A stretch of DNA of 63,179 nucleotides, the filler included, from Collodictyon triciliatum (lineage: Eukaryota): the NCBI GenBank assembly GCA_043381765.1. It is 19 parts of 19 records of this genome, joined end to end, with 100 filler letters (N's around TTAATTAATTAA, not from the genome) between each part and the next. Parts side by side here need not be neighbours in the genome. Positions count along the whole stretch, not along the records: positions 53,153 to 56,429 come from JBHJMP010007536.1; positions 56,530 to 59,804 come from JBHJMP010007537.1; positions 59,905 to 63,179 come from JBHJMP010007538.1; 16 more parts are not named here. The stretch is one strand, 5' to 3'. Positions 54,409-63,179 of this stretch are shown here, in pieces (position 1 is the stretch's first letter; the number at the start of each line of letters is the position of its first letter). The translations under genes were made by a program, and so were the position numbers. Below the pieces are notes generated by a model. It had not been told where the DNA came from. It did no database searches and saw nothing but the letters and a program-made list of their open reading frames with translations.

Positions 54409-56529
54409 TGTAACCAGTTCATCTATTATAATCATTGTTATTGCTATGATTTGTGTGTATCAGCAACACCACCATTAATGCGTAAATATTGTGATTTTTT
54501 TAAACAGAAATAGTGTATGGGCTGCATTATCATTGTTAGCTATTGAAGACCGCGATTACGGTTGTAGTGTGCAGTGGCTTACTGATATCTCAAAATCTTA
54601 TTTTGCATCATTTGTGAATGACTTATTAAGAAGAGTCGAATAGTTGAGTAAATCAAGTGTCCCATTATTATTATTTGAGACGAAATGAATATAATATAAA
54701 AGGAGTATATTCATGGTTCGTGAAATATTTTATTTGTAAAATTCATGTTCAGCATATGTTTATGTCAAAAAAATCCAGTATGATTAAAGTGAATAACTAG
54801 TTTTTGTGCCGGAAATATGGTTTATACTGCACTATCTATTACATATTGGTCTTTGTGATTGATGGCTTACAGAAAAATGATTAGGCAAATTTTACAAGAA
54901 AGAAACTGTTTATGAATTCATTTTTATTGGAACTTAGTTATCTTTCATATATTTGTTTACTTTTTAAAGCGTTGTGTTTGATTATTTGGTATATAGTTTA
55001 TTTATTTTAAAGTATTAGAGTGATATACTTTTATTACCAATGGTGACAATAACACGATTTAAAATAGTTGCAAATATCCTTGGACACACGTTAAACTTAT
55101 GAGCAGGCTTTTTTTGGCATGCTTAAAATACTTTCGAGAGTTTTTTCTTCCTTCATATAGCATTAAGTTGATAGATTAGGGTTTATACGTATTTGCAGTG
55201 TGGATATATTTTGGAGAATTTTTTAATTGTAGTAATTGGCCCAAATATAAATATGCTTGAGTGAGTATGACTTGATAGTATTATGATGGCAAGGCAATAT
55301 CTTATTGCTATTAAGAATGGGCATTTTATGTTAAGTTAAGGAAAATATACAATTATTTTTTAGGTCTATGTAATTATGTTCCATGTTTTTATGTTTTTTT
55401 ATACTTGAAGACATAATTCGGTATTTTGTCTAGCTTATCTTTCGATTAATTTGTGTTTCATCATGCTATTTATTTGTTTAATTATTGATGTATGATTAAT
55501 GGATTAAAAATTACTTGGTTTACTAGACATATTTTTGTTCTTGAGTCAATTTATTTTTCATTGGCCATATTCTAATGCACATACGCGTAACATAACGAAT
55601 ACGTATCGATACTTGAATGATGATGGACATGATTAAACTTTAAGAAAGATTTGTTATCGCCTAAGGCATAAAAAATAGTCTTACACTTAAGTCGACTATA
55701 TTGAATGTGAAAATGGAAGTCGTGTACAGTGCTGCTTGAAAATACCGAACTATTTGACGAAAACACACTTACCCAGGTTACCTACATCAATTTATTTGAA
55801 CTTGATTATGAGCAGTCGTGCTTAAAAAATTACATATTTTAAAAAAGTTGTGCAGAATAAAATTGTTTAGCAGATTACAATTTTAAAATAAATAAAAATG
55901 TCTTTTTTTCACAAGATTTTATAATTAGGATATGTCAATTATTGCTCACGGACAGATGACTTGAGGTATGCTTCACGGATAACTGTGCATATCTGCTTCA
56001 TAATATGTAAGATTAGCAGTGGGTGGCAGTTTGTAACATCGATAGTTACCGTGTTTTATTCCAGCCTTCTCTGGTGTTAAGTATTGATAAATGCTACAAT
56101 AGCATAATTATCATTTTTGAATATAGGATGGTGATATGGTTTACTAACGGATTTTATCGAGATATTATGTTATGACTGGACAGCTATAAACCTCAAATTG
56201 TTACTTCAATAAAAGCATAACAGAAAGTGCAGATGAGCAAAGAAGAGTGAGAAAATGAGAAACAAAATACACATATATATAAAAGGAAATAAAAGGAAAG
56301 AATTAAAAGCAATAAAAAAGCAATAAAAATAAAAACAATAAAAACAATAAAAACAATAAAAACAATAAAAACAATAAAAACAATAAAAACAATAAAAACA
56401 ATAAAAACAATAAAAACAATAAAAACAATNNNNNNNNNNNNNNNNNNNNNNNNNNNNNNNNNNNNNNNNNNNNTTAATTAATTAANNNNNNNNNNNNNNN
56501 NNNNNNNNNNNNNNNNNNNNNNNNNNNNN

Positions 56530-56583
<54 letters not shown>

Positions 56584-56645
56584 ATGCTACCAGAAACATG
56601 AGACAAGTGTATTTTTTGATTTCTTTTCATTCTCTAATCATATAG

Positions 56646-58843
56646 TGTGAATGCATCGGATGAGTCGAAGTATTCCTTCCTAGTGAAAGGAGGTGAAGAT
56701 TTGAGGCTGGACCAGCGCATTCAAGCAATTTTTGGAGTAATCTGATTTGAATGTGGCCTAAATATAAGCTTAGCTTACTCATACATTAAATTATTCGATG
56801 TATTGGAAAATTATTAAAATTCAGGGGAACTCCAGGTTATGAATGATATTATGGGCAAGCACCCTATTTGCTCGCGTAGAAATTTGAGCATACGTACATA
56901 TAAGGTTTCCTTATTATCGCCACTTTTTCATTGGTATTTTGCTTGGTTTGCAAGTTTCAAAAAAAAAATAACCAAGATGGGCGGATGAATTATCACCATC
57001 AGGTCATCCCTTTCGGACTTGAGCTTGGGATAATAGAATGGATTCAACAATCCCAGACAATCAATACGATGATTGAACACGAGTATAGCAAGCATGCAAA
57101 GAAAGTATGTGGCACATAAAATGTTATCTAGTGTTGTATAAAACTTTTTCAAGAACGATAGAAGTGCAGAAAATTATATATTTTATATTCTACCAGGCCA
57201 TGCACATTTTGAGATCTCCAGCCGTCGAAGTTTTGAAAGAAAAACTTCAGGAATTCGGAGGAAACTCAAGTAAGGCAAACAGAATCATGCTTTCTTTGAA
57301 AAATCAATATATTTTATTTCATTTTTGCATTCTCTTTACTGCTTTTGATATATTTAAAGAAAAAAATACTGATGTTGGTGCTTCTCCTCAGCCCACAAAC
57401 AGTATCTCTCCATGTTTGAGAGATTAACATATGACGAAGCAAAAGATATCATGGATTTACTTTATCAAACAATTCCAGAGCATATACTTCGAGACGTATA
57501 TCAATAATATATCAATTAATCACCATATTCAATTTCTTATTTCTCTTCCTTTTTTTTTTTTTTTGAAAATATCCGAATTATGCTCATATTCATATCATAA
57601 TGTATATCACTTGTTTCATCAGGCGGTTATGAATATTTCGTCATCAAGTTCGTCCTTCTTCCACCTTCGAAACACTTTTGCTCGTAGCTTCGCCACCTTC
57701 ACTATTGCTGGATACATTCTCGGTTGAAAAAATCATCATGCTCCCCAGTTTTCGCTCATGGCCTCTATCTGAAACATATCGAACATGTTTCCATGTACTT
57801 CGCTTTGAACAATCATTTTATATGAAAAGTTAATCGATTGGATGATTGCAGGTGTCGGGGACCGACATCTGAACAACTATCTACTAAGTCTCTCTGAGTA
57901 AGTTTAATCCTGCGATATAATTCGACCAATCGCGGTATTCTCTGTTTCGAGTTGCCAATTTTATGGATACTATAAATTTCTTTAGTGGCCAAGTCATTGG
58001 AATAGACTTTGGTCATGCCTTCGGAAGCAGCATGGAACTCCCAGTCCCGGAACTCACTGGAATCCGAATGACGCGACAATTTATTGGGTTTTTGAAGCCA
58101 CTCGATAAGGGCTATATTATCCAGAATATGACCGATGTAATGGATGGTAAAGGAAATAGATTTTCGGCTCATTTTGACTTTTATTTGTTTCAAATTGAAA
58201 AACATACCCATATGTAAGTATTGTGGAGGAAACATGCATACCTTCAATCATAAATTCATGTTTAATATTTTGGTCTCAACAGCCATCCGCACAAGCACTG
58301 ACCTGATAATGAGTTTGCTTCGCGTCTTTGTCGAGGACCCATTGCTTGATTGGCAGAAATTTGAGCAAAAGTACAAAGAGAGAGATGGCAACACAGCTGC
58401 AGGCAAAGATATTGGCGTTGACAGAAGGGTTCCTGTCTCTGATGATGGGATTAATATCTGGAATCCTGAGACAAAACTCCGCATCGTTCATATGAAGTTG
58501 GACCTGGAGAATCCCTCTTCAATCACAGAGTGGGAACTAAAGCACTCAACTAACCACCAGAAGAAGCCATACATGAACAATATGTGCCGTGCAATCCGAG
58601 GAACGGAGTACGAGTCAAAACGCTCGGCAGCCTCTGTCTGCAAGAACACTCGGCAGCAGATGGAGCTACTCATCGAACAGGTAACGTGCAGTATATCTTT
58701 CTCTTTTCGCTCTCACAGACAGCTTTTACTTCTTTTTTACTTCCAAGAAAGATTGTATCAACCACACTCGCATATGTTATCATCAGGCAACAGACCCGAA
58801 CCTGCTGCTTCGAACCTGGTGTGGGTGGGCGCCTTGGGTTTAA
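56646..58843 (+). CDS. PRKDC: DNA-dependent protein kinase catalytic subunit, PI3K-like kinase and FATC domains (3' end)
   Basis: FLVKGGEDLRLDQRIQAIFG|VMN, GYILG|VGDRHLNN, GIDFGHAFGS..LPVPEL, VFVEDPLLDW, KL..ENPSSIT..EL and LIEQ|ATDPNLLLRTWCGWAPWV*. KGGEDLR and GIDFGHAFG distinguish it from TOR/ATM/ATR. Confidence 0.95.
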
Positions 58844-59711
58844 GCACCATCAAGTCCTTTTCTGGCATGAGAGGAAGAAAGCTGGCATCAACCACACTCA
58901 GAAATAAACCAAAAGTTCTCATCCCAGCAAGAAACAAATAAGCTCTTTACTGAGTTCATTTTGTAGAACAGGATAACGATGTGATATGGGAATACAAAAG
59001 ACCTATATGGGTGCTTGTTTCGTGTTATGTTTCGTGTTTTATATTCTTCCTTTCAATTTTCGCAAGATGATGGGGAATTGTTCTTGTTTATTTGTGTGTC
59101 TGTTATGGTTTATGTTGTATCTTATTTCTTCTCATTTCTCATTTATTCATTTATGTATTATCATCATTATTACTATTATTATTATGAGATTGTGACGTCG
59201 TGATATTTTGCTGTGCTTTTATTTCGGCCTTTCGTTGTTGTCTAGAACCTGATTGTATCACGGGTCATTCATCGGATCATCTTCAACCAGCTCCTGCTCG
59301 TTGCACGCAAAGACCCAATGCATCATGAAATGTCTGGATTCACGCACCAACTAGCCTGGTCTTTAGAGTGAAATCCTTGGCATCGAGTTAATCCCTCCTC
59401 CTCTTTTTTTCTTTCTTTCTGTTTTTTGTTTGGATAAGAAGTAAGCTTGGACGTGGGCGCACGCAGTCAGCCGGGATGACCAGAGAGTGACGTGTTCTTC
59501 ACCCGAGGCGCAAACGCAGTTGACACGGTCAATAGAATCATCTTTTCGCGCAGCAAATAAACCCACGGGTGGAAATTTGATCGGTAAAAACCACACCGAC
59601 TTGTTTTGCTCTTGGGATATTTGCGGGACTCTAAAGCCGCACCGAAAACACTTTTAAGAGCACCCCAAATAAAAGCACCTCTCCGCGTGGCTTTTTTGTA
59701 ATACTGCTTTT

Positions 59712-59804
<93 letters not shown>

Positions 59805-59904
59805 NNNNNNNNNNNNNNNNNNNNNNNNNNNNNNNNNNNNNNNNNNNNTTAATTAATTAANNNNNNNNNNNNNNNNNNNNNNNNNNNNNNNNNNNNNNNN
59901 NNNN

Positions 59905-60058
<154 letters not shown>

Positions 60059-63000
60059 AATAATATTCGGGAGTATTCTTTCAATGCCTTTTCTTCAATC
60101 AATTATTGTTTGATATGACAATATCCTTGGCAAAAAAAAAAAATTTATTAGAAATGCGGTAATTGGTTTTAAAATAGCCCAACCCCGAACAGATGCTCGA
60201 ACACTTCCACGCAAGCTCTTCTCATACCATCTTCTGTAACCTAGATTGGATTATGAATATAATTGGGAAAATAAATAGGCGTAAGGCATAAGGAAAGAAT
60301 GGTGCATCTACCCTAACGAAAACTGCATTCCGCATATTATCCGAAGATGATGATAGCAAGCGAAAAGTAGTGTATAGAACTATCGCCTAATATACAGTGG
60401 AGATTTACTATTGAAAGCTTCAATTAAGAAGAGTATATAAATGCATTAAATATATAAAAGCATGGTTATGCGATACTATAAAGCGGGACAAACTTTCCAC
60501 GGCCATGGAATGTCTCCAGTATCATCACTTTCCCCCAATTGATTTACAGCCTGATTTTATGTAATTATAATTTATTTTTTTATTGTTAATTGAAGATAGA
60601 GTCCCTGCAAGATGGAAAAAAATTATTTTATTTTACACTCATGCACGAAAGGAATCTTACGTTTGATAAAAATAAGGGAACCATCGTATTGACTAATTTT
60701 CCGATTATGAGAAGTGAAAACGATATAATAACTCTAGTAAAAAAAATTTTTAATTTGAATCAAATAAAGGGGTACAAACTAGTAAAATTTTATTATGATT
60801 TTCGTTTTTGAAAAGAAAAGTATCACAAATTGATATATAAATCAAGAAGTAGACTAATAAATGCATCATCTTCAAATGTTAACAAGAATGTACCGAATCT
60901 TCGTTCCATTGTGACCTTTGGGCCACAAATAAGGCATTAAAAGCACCAAAGGATGAGGCATATCCTCATCCTCATCCTCTGATTTTTTCCCCTCTTCCTA
61001 ATGTCGGAAAATGAGTTTGTTAAATGGTAAAAAGAAATTTAAAAAATCCCCTTATTCGATTCAAAATTAAAGGCATGGAGTCACAAGAGTATATGACAGT
61101 AAAGCAGCTTTTTTTCCTCTATTCGATTCAGACAGTAAAGCAGCTTAATTATTATTTTCCTAAACTCGATTCGAAGTGAAAACAGGCATATAAATGGTAT
61201 ATTTTCTTACTTGGTCAGACATAGTGAGAGATTCGTATTGTTTCTCTATTTCGGGAGGAAATAATGCAAAAAAGGCCTGTAAGAAAGAAAATGGCATGTT
61301 TTGCTTTAGTGTTCGTAGTAAAATGACAAGTACTTTTCTTAGAATACCATTAAGGTTCTGCAGTGCGTTAGAAAAAGAGAGAGAAAAATTATTCTAAATA
61401 CAAAATAGATTAAATTACCAATATGACATAAGATGGATACAACACAAGGGTGATAACCAAGTGCCCATGGAGTTCCTAAAATATTATCATCAACGTGTAT
61501 TGTTTGTGTTTATATGCTTGATAATAAAATTTATCAAAAAATTCACGGAATTAAAATAAATTTAGATAGTTTGCAATAAAGTGAGAAAATTAACCCCAAA
61601 AGATAAAGCGATGGGGTTGAGTGAAATTATTAAAAGTATTATTACAAAATCATGAATAATTTGAGCCACACGAAGAGTTGCTGACACAAATTGAATGAAT
61701 ATGATTGCTCGTGGTGGTCTTCCTGGTGCTTCTTTCAGATCCGCCGAAGTTTTAATTAATTTAAGATAGACTATCTAAGCAATTGAAAAAGGTACGTATG
61801 AAAAAAAATTTATGCACCGCTGCTGGACATTTGGGCTATTGCTGAAATAAACACTAACAAGAAAAAATTACTCAGGACTTGGATATTAATACGGTCGGAT
61901 GAAATCAAACCAAAAGAATGATGACCAGGAAGTCAGCAGCGAATACATAATACCCTCCTATGTGTTTATACTCAACTCCAGCAACGATGGCTCTTTTAGT
62001 AATAAAGAAGGCAAACCATTTCAGAATACATCGACGAATGATAAGGAATTATATCGCGGATATCAACGTAGATATCTCAAACCTAAAATCTAGATGACAT
62101 TCAAAACTGGGATACAATAAAGCAATGAAATTTATACCTCACGAGACTACCCAAGATAATAATCATCCCAGAGAAATTATGAAGCAGGACTAAGAATCCG
62201 CTATTTGGAGTGTTTCGTTGAAACAGAAAATCGCCCCACGAGCTTGTGTTTGGCAGAGCTTCCTGTTCTAATCTATTATTCGAACGAGTAATAGATATAT
62301 ATTTGGTTTATGAAAAATGGTAAAGAAACATATCAATTAGAACGAAGATACCACTTCGATTGTTCGGATTCTTTCACATTGCTTTTTTTTTCATTCTGGA
62401 GGCTTATCCTGATATATTGACCTTTTCTTCGCACCGAGCCCCTCACGTGACCATCCGTCTGATGAGCCATTCAATTCCATTCTTTGTAGATTCCAGAAGA
62501 ATAAAGCGCCAGCCGTGAGAATCCCCGTGATGATGAGCTCATTGAAGCAAGGAGCAAGAAAGGAGTCGTGGATTGGATCCTATGTAAACAAGTCAGCAGA
62601 GAGAAAGAAATAGAGAAGTAAAAGACAGAATATAATAACTATGATGAATTAAATGTGAGAATGAAAAAATAAGAAAGAAATGTAGGTAAGTGCGTGAAGG
62701 CAAAGAGGTGATGAAGTGGGATAGAAGAAAGGCGATTGCATTAATGATAATTTTCTTTCTTTTTTTAAAAAAAAATCATCTTGGACAAATTGAAAGGAAG
62801 AAGAAATCTTTCCTGTCGACACAAACACACGACAAAGAGGGAACATATGCTCAAAAGAAAAGGCTTACCCAGTCCGGGCAAAGCAGAGACATCCCCGTTT
62901 GTTTGTCCTACTGCAAAGGGTGGCGTTGAACATAAAAGCAATCAAGGCATTGGCCCATTCAAAACAAAGACCACTCTTTTTCTCTCGTGATGTGTTTCGT

Positions 63001-63089
63001 TCTCTCTACCCACTCTACACCAACCACACACGATTGTTTTGTTGGCTCTTTTTGTTTTTCTCTTTTATTTGCTTTGTATTTTTGTTTTT

Positions 63090-63179
<90 letters not shown>

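Noticed and set aside
62459..62500. CTGATGAG as a hammerhead ribozyme core
   Set aside because: No stem II closing into GAAA can be formed downstream.

Overview
This is eukaryotic nuclear DNA and not one continuous locus. It consists of 19 unrelated contigs (about 3.28 kb each, the first partial, roughly size-sorted) joined by artificial N44-TTAATTAATTAA-N44 spacers; most contigs end in a microsatellite or homopolymer. The source appears to be an AT-rich, very intron-dense organism, probably a protist, with the standard genetic code, aerobic mitochondria and peroxisomes. Genes recognised by hand-splicing: a C2-domain AGC kinase, the 3' end of a PMCA Ca2+-ATPase, an intronless GT61-like glycosyltransferase, two Kelch-repeat genes, a complete MDH1-type malate dehydrogenase, two tandem bubblegum-type acyl-CoA synthetases, NEK2/NIMA, PEX1, an NAD-IDH regulatory subunit, a FEX fluoride exporter, an NHL-repeat ORF with an in-frame TAA, an ST7-like TPR protein, an OAC1/SLC25A35-like carrier, a GMC oxidoreductase, an ankyrin+PB1 protein, an S10 carboxypeptidase, the DNA-PKcs C-terminus and a 5'-truncated non-LTR reverse transcriptase. 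No complete novel multi-gene system can be supported, because adjacency across spacers is an artefact. The two best leads are (1) an unannotated dispersed element ending ...TTTGAATC(A/G)AATAAAGG(A)n, found in at least five unrelated contigs including a 39/42-nt identical pair, and (2) a PTS2-like signal on a separate first exon of the MDH1-type enzyme.
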